Part shown: piece by piece, positions 10,890 to 18,910 of the stretch
How positions within the stretch are numbered: position 1 is the first letter of the stretch
How the letters are laid out: each line of letters begins with the position of its first letter
IMG/VR virus record: IMGVR_UViG_3300025652_000060
Location: 1,336-65,335 of that record
DNA: 64,000 bases
Strand: one strand, 5' to 3'
Origin: a virus
Taxonomy: Duplodnaviria > Caudoviricetes
Translations under genes and position numbers: made by a program
The notes under the pieces: model-generated
The model's database searches: none
What the model was told of the DNA's origin: nothing
The model's input: only the letters and a program-made list of their open reading frames with translations

Positions 10890-11408
10890 ATGGCTTTACT
10901 AATTCCATTTAATAATCAACCGGTAAGTAATACGCATAAAAGTTCTAGCTACACTATTCCTAGCGGGAATTATGCAAAAGTTACCGTAACAAATTTATCG
11001 GCAGATTTTGAAATTGATTCTGTTGCGGTTATAAAAGCAACAGCACACACTTCAGTCGGGCTAGACACATCAACAACCGGGGACAAGTATATTAATCCCG
11101 GGCCATGGGCCATGATAGGTGTCATGTATCAATCGGGAACGGCGTCTATAGATATAACGCCAACAGGTTCGTCAATTCCACAACCTCACTTGTATTTAGG
11201 AACCTCACAAGCTATTTCAACAGCTACACAAATAGCGGTAACATTACAACCGGGTGACGCTGTTAACGTAACGTCCGCGTCTGCCGGATCTGTTTATGTT
11301 AGATTAAGCGCGATTAATCCAATGTTTCAGACGGAATTCTGGGTTGGGCCGGGGACTGACCTAGACGGGAACGGTTACCAAGTGGCACTATATAACATTA
11401 TTGAATAA
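10890..11408 (+). CDS. Minor tail/virion protein
   Basis: Very similar homolog at 44118. Confidence 0.55.
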   Translation: MALLIPFNNQPVSNTHKSSSYTIPSGNYAKVTVTNLSADFEIDSVAVIKATAHTSVGLDTSTTGDKYINPGPWAMIGVMYQSGTASIDITPTGSSIPQPHLYLGTSQAISTATQIAVTLQPGDAVNVTSASAGSVYVRLSAINPMFQTEFWVGPGTDLDGNGYQVALYNIIE

Positions 11409-11441
11409 CAGAGTGATAACACTCTAAACACGGAGTAAAAT

Positions 11442-11630
11442 ATGGAAATTTTTAAATGGGTTACGGCCAACTATCAAGACGTTCTTTTAGCTGTTGCTAG
11501 TGTTGTGGCGGCGGCAGAAGTTGTTGTAAGAATCACGCCGACTAAAAAAGACGACGGCGCAGTTGAGCGCGTTGGTAGTTTCGTTAGAAAAGTTATGGAC
11601 TTTCTAAAAGTTCCAAACGTAAAAAAGTAA
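11442..11630 (+). CDS. Putative holin
   Basis: 62 aa, TM segment, TPTKKDD motif typical of small phage holins. Confidence 0.65.
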   Translation: MEIFKWVTANYQDVLLAVASVVAAAEVVVRITPTKKDDGAVERVGSFVRKVMDFLKVPNVKK

Positions 11631-11710
11631 TGTCAGACAAAGGCTTTACAATGTTACTAGGCCTGTTAATTATGACGGGCCTTTTTATTTTTATCTTGAG
11701 GTGTTTATAA
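11630..11710 (+). CDS. 26-aa hydrophobic ORF overlapping a terminator-like hairpin
   Basis: TAATG-coupled start; MSDKGFTMLLGLLIMTGLFIFILRCL; positional equivalent in B. Confidence 0.35.
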   Translation: MSDKGFTMLLGLLIMTGLFIFILRCL

Positions 11711-11898
11711 TGTTCGGAAACATAAGAGCGGTTCTAGAAATAATTAAGTTACTATGGGAAACTTTCCAGTGGTTGAGCGGTAAGGTTGACGATATTACTT
11801 ATCACAGTAAAAAGAACGCTAGACGAAAACTTATAAAAGCAATCGGCGAAAAAGACGAGCAAGCTGAACTAGATGCTTTAGAGGAATTAGGAAAATGA
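11710..11898 (+). CDS. Putative inner spanin-like protein
   Basis: Start matched to the B homolog (MFGNIRAV); precedes a lipoprotein. Confidence 0.4.
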   Translation: MFGNIRAVLEIIKLLWETFQWLSGKVDDITYHSKKNARRKLIKAIGEKDEQAELDALEELGK

Positions 11899-12158
11899 AA
11901 CTCATAAAACTATTTGTTCTATCTTTTATCTTAGTAGCTTGCACTAGTGCAGCACCTAAAAGAACTTTTGAAGTTACCCTCTATAAGACTGACGCCGAAT
12001 GCATTAAGTGGAAAAAGAACGGGGAAGTTTTCGAGTTATGCAAACGTGACGAGGAATTTCCAAAAAAGCTAATAGGAATAAAAGCAGAGGACTACGCTAA
12101 AGAAAGGGACTTTCAAGACCTTTTAATTAACCGATGCAAGAAGTGGAAAAAGAATTAG
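11895..12158 (+). CDS. Lipoprotein, putative outer spanin
   Basis: Signal peptide with LVAC lipobox; lysis cassette position. Confidence 0.55.
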   Translation: MKLIKLFVLSFILVACTSAAPKRTFEVTLYKTDAECIKWKKNGEVFELCKRDEEFPKKLIGIKAEDYAKERDFQDLLINRCKKWKKN

Positions 12159-12338
12159 TTATTTTTTTCTAAAATCAGAGCGTTTTGCCCCGGTAGGTTT
12201 ATGCGAATCTTTCCCATATAGTTTTCTTAAAGCAATATCTATACAGTTTTTTACTTGAGGCTTTTGTTTATACCAACCGCAATAAAGCCCGTCTTTATGA
12301 AAGTCCCAAAATTCAGGTTCTAATTTATCATGTGTCAT
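12159..12338 (-). CDS. Hypothetical 59-aa protein (not in ORF track)
   Basis: MTHDKLEPEFWDFHKDGLYCGW...LYGKDSHKPTGAKRSDFRKK; clear homolog of 53168..53350. Confidence 0.8.
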   Translation of the reverse strand: MTHDKLEPEFWDFHKDGLYCGWYKQKPQVKNCIDIALRKLYGKDSHKPTGAKRSDFRKK

Positions 12339-12415
12339 AAGGATCCTAGAACGGGCGCCACTGCAAAGCTAACGCCCGTCTTTTAGAATCTAACTATACT
12401 CGGATATAGTCAGAA

Positions 12416-13006
12416 TTAAATTTCAAAATGTGTTGTAACTTCTTTTGTAAATTGAATAAGCCCGTCATTCGATAAACTTCCAATGTCAGCGGTCGTCATT
12501 CCTTTACTAGCTAACCATGCCGCTAAAGCAATTGCGTCCACTGTATTCGCTTTAGAATATGCGGCCCTTGCTTTATTCAGGTTAATTGTTCTTAACTGCG
12601 CTGCAATTTCCGCGTTAGTTAATGCTTTAACGTTTCCCGTTGCACCGTTTCCGTCGTCGTCTAAAGTTCCACATATCCCGCATATTGTTTCAATAGAGTA
12701 ACGGCGTAAGTAAGTAACGGCAGATCCAAAACCTTGCATATTGCTTTTGTCAGGGTTTATAGGAATAAAAGAATCAATAGATCCTTGTCCGTTTTCTTCT
12801 AGTAGCCTAGTAGCTAATCCACTAATCCCGTTTTGTTCTTCAAAAGTTTGAATCATAATAAGACCATTTTGTTCAAGCGCGGGCTTAACAGTATTTAACA
12901 GGCCTTCAAGATCAACGTACTTACTTTTAAAATGCGGGTTAGATGAATCTTTCTTAGGGTTCTTAACAGTATTCTGAAAGGCAAAATACTTTTTGTAAAT
13001 ACTCAT
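12416..13006 (-). CDS. erf: ERF-family single-strand annealing protein
   Basis: NPHFKSKYVDL and QGFGSAVTYLRRYS...DDDG ERF motifs. Confidence 0.9.
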   Translation of the reverse strand: MSIYKKYFAFQNTVKNPKKDSSNPHFKSKYVDLEGLLNTVKPALEQNGLIMIQTFEEQNGISGLATRLLEENGQGSIDSFIPINPDKSNMQGFGSAVTYLRRYSIETICGICGTLDDDGNGATGNVKALTNAEIAAQLRTINLNKARAAYSKANTVDAIALAAWLASKGMTTADIGSLSNDGLIQFTKEVTTHFEI

Positions 13007-13389
13007 TAGAAAGGAACGTCAGAAAGGTTAGGTTCAAAACTAGCCGGTTTAGAATCTTGAACAATTTGTTTTTGATCCTGTTTATCTATTCCGCCTAACA
13101 ATTGAATGTTAAAACAATTGATAACCGCCTTACTTTTTTTAACGCCTTCCTTTTCCCATGATTGAATTTCTAGGGAACCTTCGATAAAAACTTGCTTACC
13201 TTTAGTTAACCATTCTGAAACTGCCGTTGCTGACTTTCCCCATAAGCTAACATCAAGAAAAGTAACCTTGTCTTTACCTTCATTAATAGCAATTCCAAAA
13301 TTTGAAACAGCTTTACCGTTGTTAGTTTGTTTTAATTCGGCGTCACGGGTTAAGTTTCCTATTCCCATAAATTTGTTAATACCATTCAT
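13006..13389 (-). CDS. ssb: Single-stranded DNA-binding protein
   Basis: GNLTRDAEL, KGKQVFIEGSL, acidic DVPF tail. Confidence 0.93.
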   Translation of the reverse strand: MNGINKFMGIGNLTRDAELKQTNNGKAVSNFGIAINEGKDKVTFLDVSLWGKSATAVSEWLTKGKQVFIEGSLEIQSWEKEGVKKSKAVINCFNIQLLGGIDKQDQKQIVQDSKPASFEPNLSDVPF

Positions 13390-13392
13390 TCT

Positions 13393-13575
13393 TTATTCCT
13401 CCGTTTTAAGACCTAATTGGCCTATTCTTACAAGCTTAATAGCTTCTTTAATTCCTATAGTCATTTCAATCAATTCTAAAGCCGCCCTTAAACCTCTAGT
13501 TTCGTTTCCAAAACCAAGTGACTTTAAAAATAACTTATCTTTTTTCTCTAATCTATAATTACTAATCGGTGTCAT
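13393..13575 (-). CDS. Hypothetical small protein (possible DNA-binding)
   Basis: Same strand as and adjacent to ssb. Confidence 0.45.
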   Translation of the reverse strand: MTPISNYRLEKKDKLFLKSLGFGNETRGLRAALELIEMTIGIKEAIKLVRIGQLGLKTEE

Positions 13576-13659
13576 GCGAATAAGCTATAATTTTATATAC
13601 AAGCCTGTAAAGACAATATTAGAATAATTGTAAAAATAACCTATAACAAAGGACTTAGA

Positions 13660-14307
13660 ATGTTTAAATGTATGAAACGCGAATATGTTAAACCAACAGA
13701 GGCGCCCGCCTCAACAACGGAACAGAGACGTAGAAAGACGGGCCTTTTAATCGGGCATTCTTTAAAGGATCAAGGCGCTAACAATAAAGATTGGTTTCCA
13801 AGTTCGGCAGAGTGGTCAGTTGAATATGGAACTTACATAAAAGAATACGACATTGACGGGGACAAGTTTCTAGAGGAATACGAATTGAATCTAAAAGCTG
13901 CAAAAGTTTCCGGACTTACTTACGCCACTAGAGACGAGGGACGCGGGCGCAGAGGCGCGGCAGAAGAACTTGCAGAGGCAGACTGTAATGAAATAATTTC
14001 TATGCATTGTAATTCATATAACTCTAGGGCTATGGGTTTTGAAGTTTGGTACTTAGATGGCGTGATTGAATCAAAACGTTTTGCTGAAAGAACTGTTGCG
14101 GCAATGGCCCTTGAATTTCCTGACCATATTAATAGAGGAATCAAGAAAGGAACAAAACACTCACGCGCCTATGGTGTTCTAGACGCCGGACGGGATCATG
14201 GAGTTAGAAAAACTATTCTAGTTGAGTGGTATTTTATTGACGTTGAAAGTGATTTTATAACACCCGAAAAAATAGGGGCTTTCCTGAAACGTTACGGTGT
14301 TCATTAA
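13660..14307 (+). CDS. N-acetylmuramoyl-L-alanine amidase (Amidase_3-like endolysin)
   Basis: IGH...E...ISMHCNS...GFEVW...ILVEWYFID motifs. Confidence 0.8.
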   Translation: MFKCMKREYVKPTEAPASTTEQRRRKTGLLIGHSLKDQGANNKDWFPSSAEWSVEYGTYIKEYDIDGDKFLEEYELNLKAAKVSGLTYATRDEGRGRRGAAEELAEADCNEIISMHCNSYNSRAMGFEVWYLDGVIESKRFAERTVAAMALEFPDHINRGIKKGTKHSRAYGVLDAGRDHGVRKTILVEWYFIDVESDFITPEKIGAFLKRYGVH

Positions 14308-14597
14308 TGGAAAGTGGACACGCATGGCACGAATCTTTTTTGAATGAAAAACCAAAACCTATAAGGGAAACAACTATGAAAGGAATTTTAGAATTCAGCT
14401 TGCCCGTGGATCATAAGGAATATTATAACGCTGTTAATGGTTATAAATATCGGCAACACTTAATAGATCTAGTGGACGAATTAGAAAAAGAACAAAAACA
14501 ATGTCATGACACGGAAAAAGGTGAGTGTTTAAGAACAGTATTAAACAATATTTATAATTCCGCCGCCGCTTTAGACATTAAGATTTTCAGGGACTAA
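14307..14597 (+). CDS. Hypothetical protein
   Basis: Coupled ORF; MKGILEFSLP segment typical of small phage proteins. Confidence 0.5.
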   Translation: MESGHAWHESFLNEKPKPIRETTMKGILEFSLPVDHKEYYNAVNGYKYRQHLIDLVDELEKEQKQCHDTEKGECLRTVLNNIYNSAAALDIKIFRD

Positions 14598-14606
14598 ACT
14601 TTAAGA

Positions 14607-14861
14607 GTGAGGAAAATAATTCTGCTCTTATTTTTAGTTACTATAACAAGCCCCTATGATGATATTTATTGTTACGAATGCATCAATGCGTATGACATAG
14701 GGGAACCTCTAGAATATCAGATTAAAACTTATGGCCCCGAGGACGAAATTAACGAGGTCAGTTTTTCAACAGAAGAAACAAACCGTTTCATTAATAAGAT
14801 AGATTCTATTATAAATTATTCCCCTTATGTTTATCAAAACGATCAGGTAATAGACTTTTAG
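14607..14861 (+). CDS. Hypothetical secreted protein
   Basis: N-terminal hydrophobic signal. Confidence 0.4.
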   Translation: MRKIILLLFLVTITSPYDDIYCYECINAYDIGEPLEYQIKTYGPEDEINEVSFSTEETNRFINKIDSIINYSPYVYQNDQVIDF

Positions 14862-14885
14862 TTTTTATTCTCTAAACTTTTCTAT

Positions 14886-15626
14886 ATGGATATATACATA
14901 ATACCCGATAGACAAGTTAGGCCCGACGTAGAAACTCACTATAACAAAAGCATTGCCCGTCATATCGCAGAGGTAAAGCCCGACATTATAATTGATATGG
15001 GTGATTTTTACGATATGAAATCTTTAAGTTATTACGATAAGGGCAAAAAGTCCCATGAGGTTTTCAACTTTATAGAGGACATTGAAATTGGTAACCAAGT
15101 AGACGATGAATTTTTCCAATGGTTAAAAGAATTCTGGCCTATATATAAATCGAAAACAAAACGCTATAGGTTGGCGGGTAACCATGAGGATAGGATCCGC
15201 AAGGCTTTTGATTTTGGTGACTCGAATCTAAGGGAATTGATTAGACGTTTCCGCCCGGATCATAGCCGGTGGAATAAAGTAATTCCTTTTTTAAAAGTCT
15301 TAAAAATCGGCGGGGTTAATTTTTCTCATTACTTCCCTAACGACAATTCCGGAAAACCAATAGGAACAGCAAAACAATTATTACAAAAAAGACACGCCTC
15401 ATGTGTAGCCGGCCATCAACAAGGTTTTGACTACGCTGAACAATTAACTTTTGATAACAAAACAATTCACGCCCTAATTGCCGGATCTTGTTACTTACAT
15501 GACGAGGAATATAAAGGGCCTAATAACCACCACTTTAGGGGGACGGTTATATTAAGGAATGTTAAAGCGGGAATGTTCGATATTGAACGGCATTCTCTGA
15601 CTCACTTAATGTCAAAATATAAGTGA
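14886..15626 (+). CDS. Calcineurin-like metallophosphoesterase
   Basis: PD, MGDFYD, GNHE, FSH and GH motifs. Confidence 0.85.
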   Translation: MDIYIIPDRQVRPDVETHYNKSIARHIAEVKPDIIIDMGDFYDMKSLSYYDKGKKSHEVFNFIEDIEIGNQVDDEFFQWLKEFWPIYKSKTKRYRLAGNHEDRIRKAFDFGDSNLRELIRRFRPDHSRWNKVIPFLKVLKIGGVNFSHYFPNDNSGKPIGTAKQLLQKRHASCVAGHQQGFDYAEQLTFDNKTIHALIAGSCYLHDEEYKGPNNHHFRGTVILRNVKAGMFDIERHSLTHLMSKYK

Positions 15627-15811
15627 AATACAACAACAAGCCACAAAAGAAACAACAACCCCGTAAGGCTAGACGTAGGGAACAGCGCAGGGTATTCAAG
15701 AAGCGGTTTAAGGCGTTTTATGACGGCTTACCTGATTCGGATATGGACTATTACGAAAATGGTTTAGAACATACCCTAGAACCTGACTCCCAACCTAGTG
15801 GCGAGGAATAA
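15623..15811 (+). CDS. Small Arg-rich/acidic protein
   Basis: PRKARRREQRRVFKKRFK conserved in B at 48041. Confidence 0.7.
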   Translation: MKYNNKPQKKQQPRKARRREQRRVFKKRFKAFYDGLPDSDMDYYENGLEHTLEPDSQPSGEE

Positions 15812-15847
15812 AGACACTAATTGTAAGTAGACCTTCACGTTAGTAAC

Positions 15848-15926
15848 TTGAAATAATATTTGTGCAGCATCAAGCTACGACTTCCAAGCCTTTCTTATAG
15901 CCCCCGAAACATGGACGTTGACGGGG
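15848..15926 (+). ncRNA. Candidate conserved RNA element ending in an ANGGA-loop hairpin
   Basis: TTGAAATAATA..TTGTG and ccccg-aac-ATGGAC-gtt-cgggg; equivalent at 48264-48332. Confidence 0.4.
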
Positions 15927-15928
15927 TT

Positions 15929-15997
15929 ATTCTCCCCGGAGTGGTATTTTTCGGGATTTTCTCAAATTTTTCGGGATTATCTCCCAATGGGGAGAAT
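15929..15997. repeat. 69-bp cis element: inverted repeat enclosing two TTTTTCGGGATT direct repeats
   Basis: ATTCTCCCC/GGGGAGAAT ends; repeats at 15947 and 15967. Confidence 0.8.
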
Positions 15998-16225
15998 TTA
16001 CTGGACGCCTAGATATTCAGGGTTAATTGCTCTTAACCATTCTTCATTGGTTTTTAATTGATCCTTTAGGGATATAAGCCTAGAGCGTTCATAACAAAAC
16101 AAGCCCCGGTCAGAATCAATATAACCTAGCGCCTCAATACCTTTCACGGCCTCGACTACGCGGGACTGACATAATTCCTCTAGGTATTCTTTAAATTCTT
16201 TAACGGGAATTAACTGCGTTTCCAT
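15998..16225 (-). CDS. Hypothetical protein
   Basis: Homolog at 48490 (DRGL..YER). Confidence 0.7.
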   Translation of the reverse strand: METQLIPVKEFKEYLEELCQSRVVEAVKGIEALGYIDSDRGLFCYERSRLISLKDQLKTNEEWLRAINPEYLGVQ

Positions 16226-16236
16226 AATGGGTTTTC

Positions 16237-16638
16237 CTAATTGAGTGAATAGAGTTTAATTTCTATCCCTGATATTTCTCTATAATATTTAGACGCCGTT
16301 AGTGAAATAATTTGTGAGTCGTCAGCGTATGCACCGGGAAAGCCCGGGGAAGGGTTGAGCGCGTCTAGTAAGTTTTTAGCTAGGTTATCAACGTCACCAC
16401 TTCTTTTGTTAATCGGGTATTTTGTCTTAATAGTTTTCGGGGGCTTTATAAAGAATACTATTTCACAACGTAGGGCGCCCTCTAAAGGGTAGTCTAATTG
16501 TCCCCTTGCAATGGCCTGAACAGCTTTTTTGAACGCTACGTCTTTAGGATCCGAATGAGTGGACACGTTGTTGCCCCGTCTAGCGAATCGCGGACGGTGT
16601 TTAGGTGTTGGATCAATATCTAGATATAAATAAACCAT
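16237..16638 (-). CDS. rusA: RusA-like Holliday junction resolvase
   Basis: PKHRPRF, DVDNLAKNLLDAL, DDSQI motifs. Confidence 0.88.
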   Translation of the reverse strand: MVYLYLDIDPTPKHRPRFARRGNNVSTHSDPKDVAFKKAVQAIARGQLDYPLEGALRCEIVFFIKPPKTIKTKYPINKRSGDVDNLAKNLLDALNPSPGFPGAYADDSQIISLTASKYYREISGIEIKLYSLN

Positions 16639-16817
16639 TTATAAATGCTCGCTTAATCGCTTTAAAATAGCTAGTAAAACAAGTTTCTCGCCTATTTGCT
16701 GTAATTTCCAGGACTTGTAATTATTACATGGACGCGGGTTTTGCTTTCATTTTGCGTGGTATCTGTTAAATTGGTTTTAGAAAACAAGTTAACAACGACT
16801 TTAAAAAAGGCAAGAAC

Positions 16818-17006
16818 ATGACAACAGCACCATTAGACGCAATTCAAGAACTGGCAAAAAAACTAATTGCAGACGCAGACGAATTGAAAGCGGTAAGGGC
16901 TTTAGAGGTACACCGTGACCATGAGTTATATTTAGAAAACAGAATTGACCACCTTTTAGTTTCTTTAGAAGTTTGGAACAAAAAAATGATTAAGGAAGGT
17001 GAGTAA
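16818..17006 (+). CDS. Hypothetical early protein
   Basis: First gene of the rightward small-gene cluster. Confidence 0.55.
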   Translation: MTTAPLDAIQELAKKLIADADELKAVRALEVHRDHELYLENRIDHLLVSLEVWNKKMIKEGE

Positions 17007-17007
17007 T

Positions 17008-17172
17008 ATGAAAGAAACTTTAAAAATAAAAACACTTAAAGCAGAGTTAAAGAAATACGGTTGGACAAAAAATGATTTTAAGGTTGCTAAATATTGTGCA
17101 GCTAACGACGTTAAGCATTGGGAAAAAGATTTAAAAATACACCTACTTCAAAAAATTAAAGATAATAACTAA
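17008..17172 (+). CDS. Hypothetical 54-aa basic protein (not in ORF track)
   Basis: MKETLKIKTL...; SD AAGGTGAG upstream; fills the gap. Confidence 0.55.
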   Translation: MKETLKIKTLKAELKKYGWTKNDFKVAKYCAANDVKHWEKDLKIHLLQKIKDNN

Positions 17173-17193
17173 CCGCCCTACGGGCAATAGGAA
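17164..17193 (+). promoter_or_regulatory. Repeated leader motif, copy 1 (AATAACTAAC-GCCC hairpin-SD)
   Basis: aataactaaccgccctacgggcaatagga. Confidence 0.6.
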
Positions 17194-17198
17194 GTAAA

Positions 17199-17438
17199 AT
17201 GAAAAACACTTACTTAAAAGAATGGCTTATGACGATTGAAGAAACCGGAAGTGATAAGGGCAACAAAATGTTCTACAAAGCAATTGTGCCTATTGAATAT
17301 CACGAAGTTATTAATGGCGAGGTTATAAGAAAGACAGAAGTTAGTTTTGGTTTTGGTGATACTAAATTAGAAACTATAACTAACTTAATGGTAATTGTAG
17401 CAATAGATATTAAGAAATTTTATAGGGGAGTGAAATAA
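17199..17438 (+). CDS. Hypothetical protein
   Basis: SD and leader motif upstream. Confidence 0.55.
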   Translation: MKNTYLKEWLMTIEETGSDKGNKMFYKAIVPIEYHEVINGEVIRKTEVSFGFGDTKLETITNLMVIVAIDIKKFYRGVK

Positions 17439-17587
17439 TGAAAAATTTACTAAACAAGCTTTTTGATATTTTATCACTGGTTATCGTAGGGGCTTTTGCT
17501 TTTTGTAATATAGTGGCGGGCGTATATCTATGCATCATTTTACCGGTGCATATAACAATTAGATTAATCGGTTACATATTTAATTAA
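17438..17587 (+). CDS. 49-aa membrane protein (not in ORF track)
   Basis: TAATG coupling, GGGGAG SD, hydrophobic sequence. Confidence 0.55.
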   Translation: MKNLLNKLFDILSLVIVGAFAFCNIVAGVYLCIILPVHITIRLIGYIFN

Positions 17588-17598
17588 CATTAATGAGA

Positions 17599-17626
17599 AA
17601 TAACTAACGGCCCTCGGGCAAAGGAT
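17599..17626 (+). promoter_or_regulatory. Repeated leader motif, copy 2
   Basis: aataactaacggccctcgggcaaaggat. Confidence 0.6.
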
Positions 17627-17631
17627 AAATT

Positions 17632-17973
17632 ATGTTTGGATTAGGATTTTTAGATTTTATGGTTTTAGCATCAATAGGGCTTTTAATTTCTGCCGGTGCA
17701 ATTTTTGTTAACAATCTTGATAAAAGAAAAAAGGAAATGGAACGGTTTAGGTTAATGCCGACGGATCAATTACAGTTAGAAATTTCACGCTTAGAAAGAA
17801 AGATTGATAAGAGAGAAACAAACCATATTTTACATTTTTTAGTTTCCTGTTTCACTATATCATTATGGTTAATCCCATGGGTTCTTATCTCAATGAATAA
17901 TGCAGAGTACAGAAAACAGTATGAAAAATTAATTTCAGTGGCGCTAGATTCAAGATCTAACGGGGTAGCATAA
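17632..17973 (+). CDS. Membrane protein
   Basis: Two hydrophobic segments; TNHILH...LWLIPW motif. Confidence 0.6.
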   Translation: MFGLGFLDFMVLASIGLLISAGAIFVNNLDKRKKEMERFRLMPTDQLQLEISRLERKIDKRETNHILHFLVSCFTISLWLIPWVLISMNNAEYRKQYEKLISVALDSRSNGVA

Positions 17974-18170
17974 TGAAAAAGAAAGTTTATAAAACACCTA
18001 CTGACCGTTATAGATTCGGCGGGACAATGGGAAAGGTTGAAAAAATAGTTGTAACTAAATTAGGCGGGCCTACAAAAACCCTAGCTTTCTTGGTTAGTTT
18101 CTATCTGAAATATAAGTATTTAGCAGACGAGGAAGAACAGAAAATTAAACAACAGCTTAAAAGGCTATAA
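17973..18170 (+). CDS. Small basic protein (possible DNA-binding)
   Basis: Coupled ORF; weak resemblance to 50149..50388. Confidence 0.5.
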   Translation: MKKKVYKTPTDRYRFGGTMGKVEKIVVTKLGGPTKTLAFLVSFYLKYKYLADEEEQKIKQQLKRL

Positions 18171-18191
18171 CAAAAAAGGAAGGATAAAATT

Positions 18192-18422
18192 ATGTCAAAA
18201 CTAAGAACTAGAAAACAGATGCGTGACGCTTTAACAGAGGCGCAAGATGATATGAGACACATTATAGAAGGCTTAGAAAATGCCATCGAGGAATTGATTG
18301 ATCTTGAAGTGGACGCTTTTGAAATTGAAAAGAAAATGGACATTCTAGAAAGTATTAACAGCACTAAAAAGTTTATCAGAAAAGTTGATCTTGAAGAAAC
18401 TCAAAACGACTACGGTTATTAA
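18192..18422 (+). CDS. Small acidic coiled protein
   Basis: AAGGA SD; resembles 49926..50156. Confidence 0.6.
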   Translation: MSKLRTRKQMRDALTEAQDDMRHIIEGLENAIEELIDLEVDAFEIEKKMDILESINSTKKFIRKVDLEETQNDYGY

Positions 18423-18555
18423 TGCGTAAGTTAGGCGTAAGGGCGTGGCGTCGTGACACGTTAAATTAGTTAGATTATTTTTATATTCTGAATTTAGCAA
18501 TTCACTTAAAAAATTATCAATCTGTTTTGCCCTTCCTTGAGTAACACAGTTAAAT

Positions 18556-18598
18556 CTTACCCCCGGTTCTTGCTAAATTCACGGGGGTAAGGTTTTTT
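18556..18598 (+). terminator. Intrinsic terminator with a large loop
   Basis: cttacccccg/cgggggtaag stem followed by a T run. Confidence 0.75.
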
Positions 18599-18613
18599 AT
18601 AATGGAGTAGGTT

Positions 18614-18910
18614 ATGTTTAATTTTACAGGCGCGCAGGGCCTAGAGCTAATGAAAAGATTGACAGAAAAATCATGGTTCATTGGTGTTGGCGGAAAATAT
18701 CCGAACGCTAATGACATAAGAGAATTAGCGGATCTTATTAACGACATAGCTAATGAAAAACCACCTATGACAGAGGCAGAATTAATTGCCTACAATGAAG
18801 GTTTAGAACGTGGTAAGGCAATGGGCGCAATGGCGGCTAATAGAGAAATTCTAGAGGCCTTTCACCATGGGCGCATCAATGGAAAATTCTTTTCAGAGTT
18901 AGGCGAATAA
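18614..18910 (+). CDS. Hypothetical protein
   Basis: GGAG SD; AYNEGLERG motif similar to 50388. Confidence 0.55.
   Translation: MFNFTGAQGLELMKRLTEKSWFIGVGGKYPNANDIRELADLINDIANEKPPMTEAELIAYNEGLERGKAMGAMAANREILEAFHHGRINGKFFSELGE

Noticed and set aside
15835-15870. Minus-strand 11-codon ORF (MLHKYYFKLLT) with a possible B equivalent (MNTIYYFNTGK)
   Set aside because: The best SD-supported start in B is in a different frame; the similarity follows from the shared DNA motif.
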